The notes below the pieces were generated by a model. It was given only the letters and a program-made list of their open reading frames with translations, was not told where the DNA came from and did not search any database. From an uncultured Cyclobacterium sp. (lineage in GTDB: Bacteria > Bacteroidota > Bacteroidia > Cytophagales > Cyclobacteriaceae), in contig NZ_CAXBPD010000021.1 of assembly GCF_963977555.1 (NCBI RefSeq), positions 19,195 through 83,194 on the forward strand: a stretch of DNA of 64,000 bases, in the 5' to 3' direction. Both the position numbers and the translations under genes were made by a program. Within the stretch, counting starts at the first letter, position 1, and each line of letters opens with the position of its first letter. Shown here in pieces: positions 27,133 through 37,827 of the stretch.

Positions 27133-29640
27133 TCAGTAAATTAATTGAAATTCAGGAAGTAACAAAACGGCCCAAAACAAATCTTGGATAGCATCTGCTT
27201 CGGGGGCTTCTCCAAGTACCCCCATGGCGATATTGAACTCGCTCTGTTGAGGCTCTCTGCCCAACAATTGTCGGTATACTTCATGGACTATAATATCCCC
27301 CGCTTCATATTTCTCTTTCCACTTGAGGGCTCCTGTTTTTAGGGTATTGTTTAGCTGTTCCCCATTTGTTAATTCTAAGGCCTGCAATAAGCTGGCCTGA
27401 CTGTCTCTACTCGTCATTACTACTTCACGATTGGTACGACCCAATGCTTTTAGCAGTCCATTATTGGCCACCAATGCTGCACGGACAAATCCAATATCTG
27501 ATTCCTCAGAAACAGTCAATTGATTGGGGTCGTATTTCATTTCCTCTTCAGTGAAAATTGGGTGAATCTTTTGACTTACACCATCAGAAAACTGTTCGGC
27601 CGTCATTCTACGGATCACAGCCCCTTCAAAAACAAAATTATCATCCGCCAAAAACAGAGGGTTTTCTACACCAACTGCCGGCTGTTGATAGGCCTTGGAA
27701 ATAGCGATTTTATAAATTAATTCTTTGAGGTCATAACCATCCTCTTCGAAATCTGTTGCCAACCAATCCAATAAATCCTGGCTCCATGGAATATTGTCCA
27801 TTTCATCTGCAGGTTCCACCAGTCCTCTGCCCATTAATTGCTTCCACATTCTATTGACTACGGTGCGGTAAAGTCTACCATTAGCAGGTTGCACCAGGTA
27901 ATTGGCAAGCTGCTCTAACTTCTCCGCCCTGTTGGCAGTACTGTCGATTTCACCCAATTCTTCCCATAAGATCTTTGTTCCTGCCGTTTCACCAGTAGGA
28001 ATATCACAACGACTAACCACCAATGTGGAATCTGAAAATATATTGGCAAACGCATAGGCCTCTTTAAGTTTCCAGTCACTTACAAAACTATCGTGGCAAG
28101 AAGCACATTTCAAGTTTAGACCTAATATCACCTGCCCTACATTTTGGGCGGCCTGCATTTCCGTAACCTGACTTGCATTTACATCACCCCTCCAGCGAAT
28201 CCCCTCTATGAAGCCTTTGGATTTTTCATCAGGATTCAATAACTGCTTGACAAACTGATCATACGGCTTATTGTCTCGCAAGGAAGTGTAAAGCCAATCG
28301 GTAATGGCATACCTCCCTTTGGTAATGTAACCAGTACCGGTATAATCATTCCTCAAAGCATCATTCCAGAAAGTCATCCAGTGTGTGGCATAATCATCGT
28401 CCCTGTCCAGGAGTTCCCTTGCCCAAATGGCCCTTTTATCAGGTCTGCTGTCTTTGATAAAGGCATTGTATTCTTCAGTGGATGGTTGAAGCCCTATTAA
28501 ATCAAGGTATATCCTCCTCAAATAAACCTTGTCTTCGACAGGTTCCTTCCATTCTACACCTTGCTCCTCAAAATAGGCATCCACCCAAATATCTATAGGC
28601 TGGCTCAAACCACCTTTTGAGGCTGGTAAATCAGGCCTTCTAGGTGCCAGTTCAGCCACCCTGTAAACGCTTACATTCTCAGCAGCATCTGGCCAAGGAG
28701 CGCCTTTATCTACCCAAAAGGAGATCAAGGCAATCTCCTCATTGGATAGCACTTTTCCTTTTGAAGGCATGGATTCTTTGTGGTCCTTCGGTAGTTTTAT
28801 TCTACGAACCAAATCACTCTGCCCTGAATTTCCCGGAACAATTACAGGACCTGACTCTCCACCCGCAAAGGCAAACTCTTTTGTATCAAGACGCAATTCC
28901 CCTTTTATCTTGGCATCACTATGGCATTTATAACAATTATGAGCAAAAACTGCCCTTACCTTACCTACCAATTCAACCTGCTTTTGCTCACTCAGATCTC
29001 CTGCAGTCTCAAAAGCCACTAGATCTATGTCAAGGTCCTCGGGAGAAAATTCTGGTTCATACCAAGGCAAGGTCTCTGTCAAATATTCCTCACCATGCGT
29101 AAGTGAAGCCCCGAAATGTCCTGCTACTGAAACCGAAACCGCTGTAAAAAATAGCAGCGTTCTAAAAACTTTTATCGACTGGCTAGTTTTAACATTTTGG
29201 GTTTTCCTCATTAAAAAGATCAATAATAAACCCAATACGGCTGTTCCAATCCCTGTCCATTGGTGAATATCCAGCATGTTACCGCCATACTCTTCAATAT
29301 TGGCTAAAAGCAAACCCAAGACAACTGCTACAACTGCTCCTACTCCACCTGCCAAAACCAATACGGATATGCCAGGTCTTAGCTTGTGGTTAAAATCCCT
29401 TAGCGTAAACAACTCCAGCAAAGCGGCAAATAACAAAAGGCTTACTGGAAAATGAACTGCAAGCGGGTGTAAACGGCCAATAAACTTCCATAACCAAAAA
29501 GAAGTTTCTACCTCCTCTACCTGAAACAAAAGGACAGTTCCTATTGCGCTCACTTCCGTCGATATGACTAAAACCAGGAAAAAGAATAATCCCCAGAACG
29601 ATAACAGGTTAACTTTATTCATCATTTTTATTAATTTCAA
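27133..29640 (-). CDS. DUF1549/DUF1553 (PSD1/PSCyt) protein with N-terminal membrane domain and planctomycete-type cytochrome c
   Basis: GRLHPLAVHFP N-terminal TM domain, CYKCH heme motif, CASCHD, VNRMWKQLMGRGLV. Confidence 0.9.
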   Translation of the reverse strand: MKLIKMMNKVNLLSFWGLFFFLVLVISTEVSAIGTVLLFQVEEVETSFWLWKFIGRLHPLAVHFPVSLLLFAALLELFTLRDFNHKLRPGISVLVLAGGVGAVVAVVLGLLLANIEEYGGNMLDIHQWTGIGTAVLGLLLIFLMRKTQNVKTSQSIKVFRTLLFFTAVSVSVAGHFGASLTHGEEYLTETLPWYEPEFSPEDLDIDLVAFETAGDLSEQKQVELVGKVRAVFAHNCYKCHSDAKIKGELRLDTKEFAFAGGESGPVIVPGNSGQSDLVRRIKLPKDHKESMPSKGKVLSNEEIALISFWVDKGAPWPDAAENVSVYRVAELAPRRPDLPASKGGLSQPIDIWVDAYFEEQGVEWKEPVEDKVYLRRIYLDLIGLQPSTEEYNAFIKDSRPDKRAIWARELLDRDDDYATHWMTFWNDALRNDYTGTGYITKGRYAITDWLYTSLRDNKPYDQFVKQLLNPDEKSKGFIEGIRWRGDVNASQVTEMQAAQNVGQVILGLNLKCASCHDSFVSDWKLKEAYAFANIFSDSTLVVSRCDIPTGETAGTKILWEELGEIDSTANRAEKLEQLANYLVQPANGRLYRTVVNRMWKQLMGRGLVEPADEMDNIPWSQDLLDWLATDFEEDGYDLKELIYKIAISKAYQQPAVGVENPLFLADDNFVFEGAVIRRMTAEQFSDGVSQKIHPIFTEEEMKYDPNQLTVSEESDIGFVRAALVANNGLLKALGRTNREVVMTSRDSQASLLQALELTNGEQLNNTLKTGALKWKEKYEAGDIIVHEVYRQLLGREPQQSEFNIAMGVLGEAPEADAIQDLFWAVLLLPEFQLIY

Positions 29641-29986
29641 TTTTCTATGTCACTCACTATTACAATTGTTTATTAATTAATCAAAAGGAAAAACAGCTCC
29701 AAACTGAAAAAAAATAATTGATCTAAAAGCAATCATTTTTGTTATTGAAACAACTGTGAAACCAAAATTACACTTAACTAAACACAAGAATAGCTTAATA
29801 CAATACTATTAAAATTTTGCTTCAAAACCACCCTGCACTATCCTGCTTAGTAAAGAAAAGTTACCCATTGATTTATTTAGCCACAAGCTTTTTTCCACCA
29901 ATCCCGAAGATCCTTACAAGTTTGGTCTTTGAAAGTAATACTTTAATTCCTTACATTTAATGCGTTTGTTAGATTAACTACCCAAA

Positions 29987-32731
29987 ATGAAAAGCCGCTA
30001 TCTCATTTTCTTATTACCTCTTTTACTTGTCATTACCTTTTGGTTATGGCCTAGTACAGAACAGATAAGTTATAACCGCCAAATCCGGCCCATAATCAAT
30101 AATAAATGCATCTCTTGCCACGGAGGTGTCAAGCAATCCGGTGGCTTTTCTTTGCTTTTTGAAGAAGAGGCAAAAATGAATACCGAATCAGGGATCCCTG
30201 CGATTATCCCTGGCGATGCTGATGGTTCAGAGATGCTAAAAAGGATCCTCCACAATGATCCTGAAATGAGAATGCCTTTAGGCAAATCACCACTTTCTCC
30301 TGAGGAAATTGAGTTGATCAAGGAATGGATCAATCAGGGAGCAAATTGGGAAAAACATTGGGCCTATATAGCTCCCGAAAAAGACATTGAAATACCGGAA
30401 ATAAGTCTGGACATGCCTGTTCAAAATGAAATTGATCATTTCATTTACAAGCAATTGGAAGTCATGGAACTGACACCTAATAAAGAAGCACCAAAAGAAG
30501 TTTTACTTAGGAGGCTTTCTCTCGACATTACCGGCCTTCCACCTACCTTGGAGGAATATGATGATTTCTCAAGTGATTCATCTCCCATGGCTTATGAGAA
30601 AACCGTAGACAAATTACTTGCTTCCCCTCGTTTTGGTGAAAAATGGGCTGCCTTCTGGATGGATCTTGCACGCTACTCAGATTCCAAAGGTTATGAAAAA
30701 GACCTGCACAGGGAAATCTGGAAATACAGGGATTGGCTTATAAATGCTTTTAATGAGGACATGCCTTTCGATGATTTTACGATTGCACAATTGGCTGGTG
30801 ACCTCTTACCTTCCCCTACTGAATCAGATCTACTGGCCACTGCTTTCCATCGAAACACCATGGCCAATGATGAAGGAGGGACCAATGATGAGGAATTCAG
30901 GGTAGCTGCCGTCATGGAAAGAGTTGGTACTACCTTCGAAGTCTGGCAAGGTACGACGATGGCCTGTGTACAATGCCATAGCCATCCTTATGACCCCATC
31001 CGGCATGAGGAGTTTTACCAGACGCAGGCTTTCTTCAACAACACGCAAGACAAGGACCTTTACAATGAACAACCGAAATTATTCACCTACCAACCCGCAG
31101 ACAAAAAGAAGGTAAAGAATTTGCTTGCTTGGGTCAATGAAAACCTTAGCCCCTCAGAAAAACTCCCTGAAATTACAGATGATTTCTTATATGAACAAAA
31201 AGAGGATTTACTCTATTCTTTAGGGTATAGAAAGGTGGAAGCGGAAGAATTTCAGGACAAAAGCAGGTTTATAGAATTAGTGGCCCATGACCAGGAATCT
31301 ATCTGGCAGGTGCAGGACAGTTCATGGATCATGTTTGAAAATGTGGACTTAGATCAAGTCAATGCCATTTCCTTAGGTTATGCTTCCGTCTATGGTGCCA
31401 AAGTGGAAATAAGACTGGACTCCATGTTGGGCAGAATCATTGGTGAAGGGACTTTTGGAATTACAGACAAAAGCTTTCCTGGAAACCGCCCTAAAGATTG
31501 GACCACTTTGAAAATACCCATTGATAAAGTTTCGGGGAAAAGAAACATTTACTATTACTTTAAAAAAGACAAATCATTTGCACAGGACTTGTTACGTGTA
31601 GACTGGATTTTTTACCATGAAAAATCCCCTTTAAAGGACCAGTATCCATCAAGCCTACAGGCCAAATTAGTAGAATTATCCAATGCCAAGCCCATTCAAA
31701 CACCCATTTTAAAGGATTTACCAAAGAAAGCTTCTCGAAAGACCTACGTATTCGAACGAGGTGATTGGAGATCGCATGGAGATGAAGTAAAAGCAGGTAT
31801 TCCTGAAATCATGGGTACAATCAGTAACCAAGAACCCAACAGGCTGGATTTCGCTAAATGGCTAGTTAGTGGTGAAAATACCTTGACTTCCCGTGTCATT
31901 GTAAACCGCATTTGGGAACAATTATTTGGTTTCGGAATCGTCGAAAGTATGGAGGACTTTGGCAGTCAGGGCATCCCTGCCAGTCACCCCGAGTTACTAG
32001 ACTGGTTGGCCGTATCCTTTCAGGATGACATGAACTGGTCTATGAAAACTTTGATTAAAAAGATCCTCATGTCGCAGAGCTACAGACAAAATTCCAGCAC
32101 TGATGCACAAAAAATAAAAAAAGATCCTTACAACAAATACCTGTCGAGGGGCTCAAGAACAAGATTACCTGCAGAAACCATAAGAGATCAAGCCCTAGCA
32201 ATAAGCGGATTGTTGAATAAAAAACAATTGGGCCCAAGCGTCATGCCTTACCAACCTGAAAATATCATTAGTTTTAACGGTAAATTTTGGTTTCCCAGCG
32301 AAGGAGAAGAACAATACAGGCGAGCCGTTTACACCTACTGGAAAAGGACACATCCTTACCCTTCCTTTGTGACTTTTGACAGTCCCTCCAGGGAAATTTG
32401 TACTTCGAGACGAATAAGAACCAACACACCACTACAATCCCTCGTATTGTTAAATGATCCCGTATACATAGAAGCCGCAGATGCTTGGGCCCAGCGAATA
32501 TTGAAAGAAAGTGGAGAAGACATTGAGAAAGGGATTGAAAAAAACCTTCAGTTGGTCACTGCCCTAAAGCCTGCCCCTGAAAAAGTAGCGGTATTGTTCC
32601 AATTATACGAGGAGTCACTTGCCTACTATAAAGGAGAAGGAAAGGATTTGGATGAAAATGCCAAATTAGCGGCCATGCGAATTGTTAGCAATGCCATGTT
32701 GAACTTAGATGAATTTGTAACCAGAAGATAG
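29987..32731 (+). CDS. DUF1549/DUF1553 protein with planctomycete-type cytochrome c and a probable CBM6-like insert
   Basis: CISCHGG, CVQCHSHPYDP, VNRIWEQLFGFGIV, RRAVYTYWKR, NTPLQSL; central beta-sandwich segment (WIMFENVDL..VEIRLDS). Confidence 0.9.
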   Translation: MKSRYLIFLLPLLLVITFWLWPSTEQISYNRQIRPIINNKCISCHGGVKQSGGFSLLFEEEAKMNTESGIPAIIPGDADGSEMLKRILHNDPEMRMPLGKSPLSPEEIELIKEWINQGANWEKHWAYIAPEKDIEIPEISLDMPVQNEIDHFIYKQLEVMELTPNKEAPKEVLLRRLSLDITGLPPTLEEYDDFSSDSSPMAYEKTVDKLLASPRFGEKWAAFWMDLARYSDSKGYEKDLHREIWKYRDWLINAFNEDMPFDDFTIAQLAGDLLPSPTESDLLATAFHRNTMANDEGGTNDEEFRVAAVMERVGTTFEVWQGTTMACVQCHSHPYDPIRHEEFYQTQAFFNNTQDKDLYNEQPKLFTYQPADKKKVKNLLAWVNENLSPSEKLPEITDDFLYEQKEDLLYSLGYRKVEAEEFQDKSRFIELVAHDQESIWQVQDSSWIMFENVDLDQVNAISLGYASVYGAKVEIRLDSMLGRIIGEGTFGITDKSFPGNRPKDWTTLKIPIDKVSGKRNIYYYFKKDKSFAQDLLRVDWIFYHEKSPLKDQYPSSLQAKLVELSNAKPIQTPILKDLPKKASRKTYVFERGDWRSHGDEVKAGIPEIMGTISNQEPNRLDFAKWLVSGENTLTSRVIVNRIWEQLFGFGIVESMEDFGSQGIPASHPELLDWLAVSFQDDMNWSMKTLIKKILMSQSYRQNSSTDAQKIKKDPYNKYLSRGSRTRLPAETIRDQALAISGLLNKKQLGPSVMPYQPENIISFNGKFWFPSEGEEQYRRAVYTYWKRTHPYPSFVTFDSPSREICTSRRIRTNTPLQSLVLLNDPVYIEAADAWAQRILKESGEDIEKGIEKNLQLVTALKPAPEKVAVLFQLYEESLAYYKGEGKDLDENAKLAAMRIVSNAMLNLDEFVTRR

Positions 32732-32732
32732 G

Positions 32733-34193
32733 ATGAATATTTGGGAAGAAGCACTGATCCGAGAAGCACAGTACAATAGTAGGCGCCATTTTTTAAAAAA
32801 ATGCACCTCTGGACTTGGGGCATTGGCCATGGGTTCGCTTATCGGCTGTGGAACGAAATCAAGCCCTGAAGCGGCAACCTCATTGCTCCATAAAAAAGCT
32901 TCACATTTTGCCCCAAAGGCGAAAAGTGTTATTTTCTTGCACATGGCTGGTGGCCCTTCTCACTTGGAGTTGTTTGATTTCAAACCAACACTTCAGGAAT
33001 TAAACGGCAAAGACACCCCACAGTCATTGATGGAGGGAAAAGAATTTGCCTTTTTGAAAGGAACACCCAAACTATTGGGCCCTCAGGCAAGTTTTGAAAA
33101 GCATGGACAATCAGGCGCATATGTTTCCGATTACATGCCTGAATTTGCAAAAATGGTAGATGAGGTAAGCTTTCTAAAAGCCATGCATACTAATGAATTC
33201 AATCATGCTCCTGCTCAACTGTTCATGCATACTGGAAGCCCCAGGTTGGGCAAGCCAAGCATAGGCGCCTGGTCAACTTATGGGTTGGGTTCTGAGAATG
33301 AAGACCTACCGGGATATGTGGTACTCACCTCAGGTGGAGGCGCCATAAGCGCAGGTAAAAGTGCTTGGGGAAGTGGCTTTTTACCTACCATCTACCAAGG
33401 CGTACAGTGCCGATCAGAAGGTGATCCGGTTTTGTTTTTGTCCAATCCAAACGCCATTGACAGCCATCTAAGGAAAAAATCCATTGATGCCATCAACGAG
33501 ATCAATAAGATGGAGTATGAAGAAGCAAACGACCCTGAAATACTTACCCGTATCTCCCAATATGAGTTGGCCTTCAGGATGCAAACATCCGTACCGGAGA
33601 CCATGAATATCAACGACGAACCTGAATACATCCACCAGATGTATGGTACCAATCCGGGAAAAGCCTCTTTTGCTAACAATTGTCTTTTGGCAAGGCGACT
33701 GGTAGAAAAAGGAGTACGTTTCGTTCAATTATTTGACAATCGCTGGGACACTCACGGTGTGGGTGCAGGCAATGGGGTAGGTGCAGGAATGCGCAGGTCC
33801 TGTAAAAACATCGATCAGCCAATTGCTGCCTTGCTCAGAGACCTCAAGCAAAGAGGGCTTTTGGATGACACCCTTGTAGTATGGGGAGGAGAATTTGGAA
33901 GGACTCCAATGATGGAATCCAGAACTGGCGAAGGCTTTGATGGAAGAGACCACCACCTTGAAGCATTCACCATGTGGATGGCTGGTGCTGGAGTTAAGAA
34001 AGGCCACATCCATGGTACCACAGATGAAATTGGATACTACGGTATAGAAGGCCGTACGCATGTGCATGATTTACAAGCCACAATCCTAGAAAGGTTGGGC
34101 TTTGATCATGAAAGGTTGACCTATGAATTTCAGGGAAGAAATTTCAGGCTTACAGATGTTCATGGAAAGGTCATCAATGAAGTACTTACTTAA
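32733..34193 (+). CDS. DUF1501 family protein
   Basis: SRRHFLKK; MAGGPSHLELFDFKP; GEFGRTP; GRDHH. Confidence 0.92.
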   Translation: MNIWEEALIREAQYNSRRHFLKKCTSGLGALAMGSLIGCGTKSSPEAATSLLHKKASHFAPKAKSVIFLHMAGGPSHLELFDFKPTLQELNGKDTPQSLMEGKEFAFLKGTPKLLGPQASFEKHGQSGAYVSDYMPEFAKMVDEVSFLKAMHTNEFNHAPAQLFMHTGSPRLGKPSIGAWSTYGLGSENEDLPGYVVLTSGGGAISAGKSAWGSGFLPTIYQGVQCRSEGDPVLFLSNPNAIDSHLRKKSIDAINEINKMEYEEANDPEILTRISQYELAFRMQTSVPETMNINDEPEYIHQMYGTNPGKASFANNCLLARRLVEKGVRFVQLFDNRWDTHGVGAGNGVGAGMRRSCKNIDQPIAALLRDLKQRGLLDDTLVVWGGEFGRTPMMESRTGEGFDGRDHHLEAFTMWMAGAGVKKGHIHGTTDEIGYYGIEGRTHVHDLQATILERLGFDHERLTYEFQGRNFRLTDVHGKVINEVLT

Positions 34194-34833
34194 TAATTGA
34201 TGCCATTTCCTATTTGAGACCAGTCAAAACTAAAAACCAGTTTTCAATTTATTTTGACGGATGAATTCTTCCAATTTGTGTACACCATAAAGAAAGGTCT
34301 CTATTTGAATTGATAATGGCCCTTCATCCCCAAATTGTCATTCTTTGGACCAATCTGAAAAAAAACCATAAAAATAAACGAGTCGAAAAGGCTTTAATAA
34401 AACCTATACACCAAGGCACCCCTCAAAAAAGCGACCTTTTAATAGAAATCAATTCATAAAAATCATGTCCTAACAAAACCAAAAAACTAAATTTACGAAA
34501 GAAAATGAAGCCCTTAAAAGTTTGTTGATTTTAAATGGCTTTAAAAAAGTTGTAGCTTCCCCAATTTGATTTTTGTCCAAAATCAGCTAGCTTTTATTAT
34601 TGTCCTTATCGAAGAAGTGGCCAAGATAAATACTGGTTTAGCAGAAATCTTCTGAATAAGTTTATTGACCCAAATCATCCATTTTTTCGCCATTAACCTA
34701 CACCTTTCAAGCTAAATGGCTTACAACAAAGTTTTATGGAGATAAGAAAACCCAAAGTTTTATTGATAAAACTTTGGGTACTGAGTACAGGAAAAAATCT
34801 TAATGGAACAGAAAAATAAAAGATTTTAATATT

Positions 34834-35340
34834 ATGTTAAAGAAAACAGCTGAATATGCAATTTACTCACATCAAAAAGTCAATCATAAATACGGCGAGC
34901 AAGATTACGATTATCACCTAAAAATGGTTTACGAAGTGGCTGAAAAATTCAGCTATCTCATAGCTGAGTCCGAGCGAGAAAATGTTTATTGTGGTTGTTG
35001 GGTGCATGATATTATTGAAGATGCAAGAGAGACTTACAATGACGTTTTACAAAACACCAATGAAACGATTGCAGATTTGGCTTTTGCACTAACCAATGAA
35101 AAAGGGAAAAGCAGGAAGGAAAGGGCAAATGACAAGTATTATCAAGAAATGCACGAAATTCCGAATGCTATCTTTATAAAGTTTTGCGATAGAATTGCCA
35201 ATATTACCCATTCCAAAAGCCAAGGGTCAAATATGTACGAAAAGTACAAAAAAGAAAATGATAACTTTATTCAAAAAACCTATCGCCCAGAATTATTGGA
35301 TATGATCAAGTATATTGATGAATTACTTGAAAAAGATTAG
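34834..35340 (+). CDS. Stand-alone HD-domain hydrolase (RelA/SpoT-HD, small alarmone hydrolase-like)
   Basis: H..(Q)KYG..DYDYHL, WVHDIIED, IKFCDRIANI motifs. Confidence 0.8.
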   Translation: MLKKTAEYAIYSHQKVNHKYGEQDYDYHLKMVYEVAEKFSYLIAESERENVYCGCWVHDIIEDARETYNDVLQNTNETIADLAFALTNEKGKSRKERANDKYYQEMHEIPNAIFIKFCDRIANITHSKSQGSNMYEKYKKENDNFIQKTYRPELLDMIKYIDELLEKD

Positions 35341-35386
35341 TTTTTGATTAATTCACCGCCCTCGACGGTTATGCGAGGCCGTAGCC

Positions 35387-35439
35387 ATAGGGTAATGAGC
35401 ACGTAATGCCTACTCCTTCGTCTCCGCTCAGGAACCGGC
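35387..35439 (-). repeat. Dispersed ~55-bp repeat, copy C
   Basis: Reverse complement gccggttcctgagcggagacgaaggagtaggcattacgtgctcattaccctat aligns with 22349-22398. Confidence 0.75.
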
Positions 35440-35487
35440 GAATAGGTTACCAAATCAACTCGGAAACGCGGCGAAATATCCCGCGTT

Positions 35488-35852
35488 TTACTCGGACCCA
35501 CCATCTCCATCCCCCGACGGTTGAGCGGAATCGAAATCCGAGGTAATGAATCCAATATGACTTGTCTCATTCATACACTTCGCTAATTCATGAAGTTTTT
35601 CTGACCTGTTAATTATTAAAGACTTTTTCTTTTTCCTGTTCCAACCTTGAACTTGTTTTTCTCTATAAAACGCTTCGTCTATCCTGTCAAACTCTTCAAT
35701 ATGGACCAGTTTTACGGGCAACTTTTTTTTAGTGTATTTTGCACCCTCTCCGCTTTGATGCTGCCGTATCCGCAATTTCAGATCCTGGTACTTCCAGTAT
35801 AGTAGCTACCATCAGAACATTCAAGTATATACATGTACCCTTGCTTATACAT
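35488..35852 (-). pseudogene. GIY-YIG nuclease family gene with a 1-nt frameshift near 35785
   Basis: Frame 1 from ATG 35852 reads MYKQGYMYILECSDGSYYTGST then stops; shifting by one base gives DLKLRIRQHQSGEGAKYT..AFYREKQVQGWNRKKK. Could be a sequencing error. Confidence 0.8.
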
Positions 35853-35904
35853 GAAATTTAAAGAATTTGTGACCTAAAGGTTACAAACGAAGGAATATTT
35901 GAGT

Positions 35905-37566
35905 TTAATACCCTGCCGCCTGACCATCTTTCCTGGATTCAGAGGCGCCATAATAAACGCCATTTTTAAACATTATGGCTTGATAACCCCCAAAGATCCC
36001 CTTACTCATCCTCATGGTATGTCCTTTGTCTATTAAATCCCGTATCGATTCATAATCAAATCCAGATTCCAAATAGGTACCGCCACCTTTAAGGTTTTCG
36101 TCCCGATGGTAAATTCGGGGGGCATCACCTGCTTCCTGTAGGTTCATGTTAAAATCGATAATATTCATAATGACCTGAACATGACCTTGGGTTTGCATGT
36201 CTCCTCCCATCAGCCCAAAACTCATAAAGGGTTTGTTGTCCTTGGTTACAAAAGCTGGAATAATGGTATGGAAAGGTCGCTTACCCGGAGCATAATTGTT
36301 AATATGGCCTTCTTCTAAAATAAATCCAGCCCCTCTGTTTTGAAGCACAAAGCCTAAACCCTCCGGCACTACTCTTGAACCAAATAAAGCCGAATTACTT
36401 TGAATCAAAGAGATCATATTTCCATCACCGTCTGCGACAGTCAGGTAAATGGTATGGTCGCCCGATGTCAATCCTTCCTCAAATTCCCCCGCCATCTCGG
36501 GATCAATCAATTTTCTTCGTTCCGTTGCATATTCCTCTGATAGTAAACTTGCCAAAGGAATGTTACCAAAATTCGGATCTCCGTAAAACTTTGTCATATC
36601 GGCATAGGCAAGCTTTTTAGCTTCTAAAAATGTATGAATATGTGCAGCGCTTCCATAGCCCATGCTAGTCAAATCGAAACCTTTAAGAATATTTAGCATT
36701 TGAAGTGCCGCTATACCCTGACCATTGGGTGGCAGTTCCCAAACCTCATATCCCCTATAGTTGATCGACACTGGGTCAACCCATTGTGGCTCATTGTTTG
36801 CCAAATCCTCTATGGTGAGATAGCCTCCCTCAGCTTTAACATGACCCGCTATGGTAGCTGCTACTTTCCCTCTATAGAAACCGTCCCTTCCCTGATTAGC
36901 AATAATTTCCAAGGTATTTGCCAAATAAGGGTTTTTAAATATTTCTCCTATCCGCGGTAATCTGCCGGCACTTGTAAAATAAGTTGCCTCAAAAGTTGGG
37001 TTACTGTCCTCCAAATTAACAGTGGAAAAATTGTCTGATACTTCGGAAGAAACAGGGACCCCTTCTCTTGCATAATTGATGGCGGGCTGAAGTAATTTTT
37101 TAAATTCCAGGTTGCCAAATTTTTTGTGCAGCGCAAACCACCCGCCAACAGCACCTGGCGTTGTCACAGAAAGAGGGCCTGACTTGTAAGTTTTTCCTGC
37201 ATTAATCTCGGCCTTGAATTTTTCCAGAGACAAGTCAGCAGGTGATTTCCCACTGGCATTGAGCCCATGTAACTGTTGAGTCTTTTCCTCCCAGACAATG
37301 GCAAACAAATCTCCGCCAATACCATTATTTCCAGGATCTGCAAAACCCAAGAAAGCATTGGCTGCAATGGCAGCATCCACAGCACTACCTCCGCTCTTAA
37401 GTATTTCTATGGCAATTTGGGTTGCGATAGGATGATTGGTGGCGGCCATTCCATGTTGGGCCAATACTTCAGATCGCGTAGCAAAAGACTTGCCTGAAAG
37501 CCTGTCCTGCCCTTTTAGCGGATTGAAAGATATCAAGAGTACAAGTAGAGGAAATATTGCTTTCAT
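35905..37566 (-). CDS. ggt: Gamma-glutamyltransferase
   Basis: GGSAVDAAIA, GIGGDLF, HTIYLTVAD (Thr nucleophile), KRPFHTIIP, GGDMQTQG. Confidence 0.95.
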   Translation of the reverse strand: MKAIFPLLVLLISFNPLKGQDRLSGKSFATRSEVLAQHGMAATNHPIATQIAIEILKSGGSAVDAAIAANAFLGFADPGNNGIGGDLFAIVWEEKTQQLHGLNASGKSPADLSLEKFKAEINAGKTYKSGPLSVTTPGAVGGWFALHKKFGNLEFKKLLQPAINYAREGVPVSSEVSDNFSTVNLEDSNPTFEATYFTSAGRLPRIGEIFKNPYLANTLEIIANQGRDGFYRGKVAATIAGHVKAEGGYLTIEDLANNEPQWVDPVSINYRGYEVWELPPNGQGIAALQMLNILKGFDLTSMGYGSAAHIHTFLEAKKLAYADMTKFYGDPNFGNIPLASLLSEEYATERRKLIDPEMAGEFEEGLTSGDHTIYLTVADGDGNMISLIQSNSALFGSRVVPEGLGFVLQNRGAGFILEEGHINNYAPGKRPFHTIIPAFVTKDNKPFMSFGLMGGDMQTQGHVQVIMNIIDFNMNLQEAGDAPRIYHRDENLKGGGTYLESGFDYESIRDLIDKGHTMRMSKGIFGGYQAIMFKNGVYYGASESRKDGQAAGY

Positions 37567-37827
37567 AATGATATGGTTTTATTTGGTCAGCGGTAATTAA
37601 ATGCACAATCAAGGATAGTATTCATTAGTGAACTAAAAACGGTACCCCGAAAAGGCTACTATTTCATCCTAAAATAAGTCTTAAAATTTATTATAACCTT
37701 TTTAAGCTATGTAAAATAACGAATTCATCATAGTAAAGCCCTATTTTTATAATTCTAAATTAATTAAATCCATTGCAAATTTCCCGTTTTACGGAACCTA
37801 TTGCGACCAAACTACGGTTCATCATGA

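Noticed and set aside
35337-35570. 77-aa minus-strand ORF
   Set aside because: Made almost entirely of repeat and hairpin DNA and overlaps the GIY-YIG 3' end
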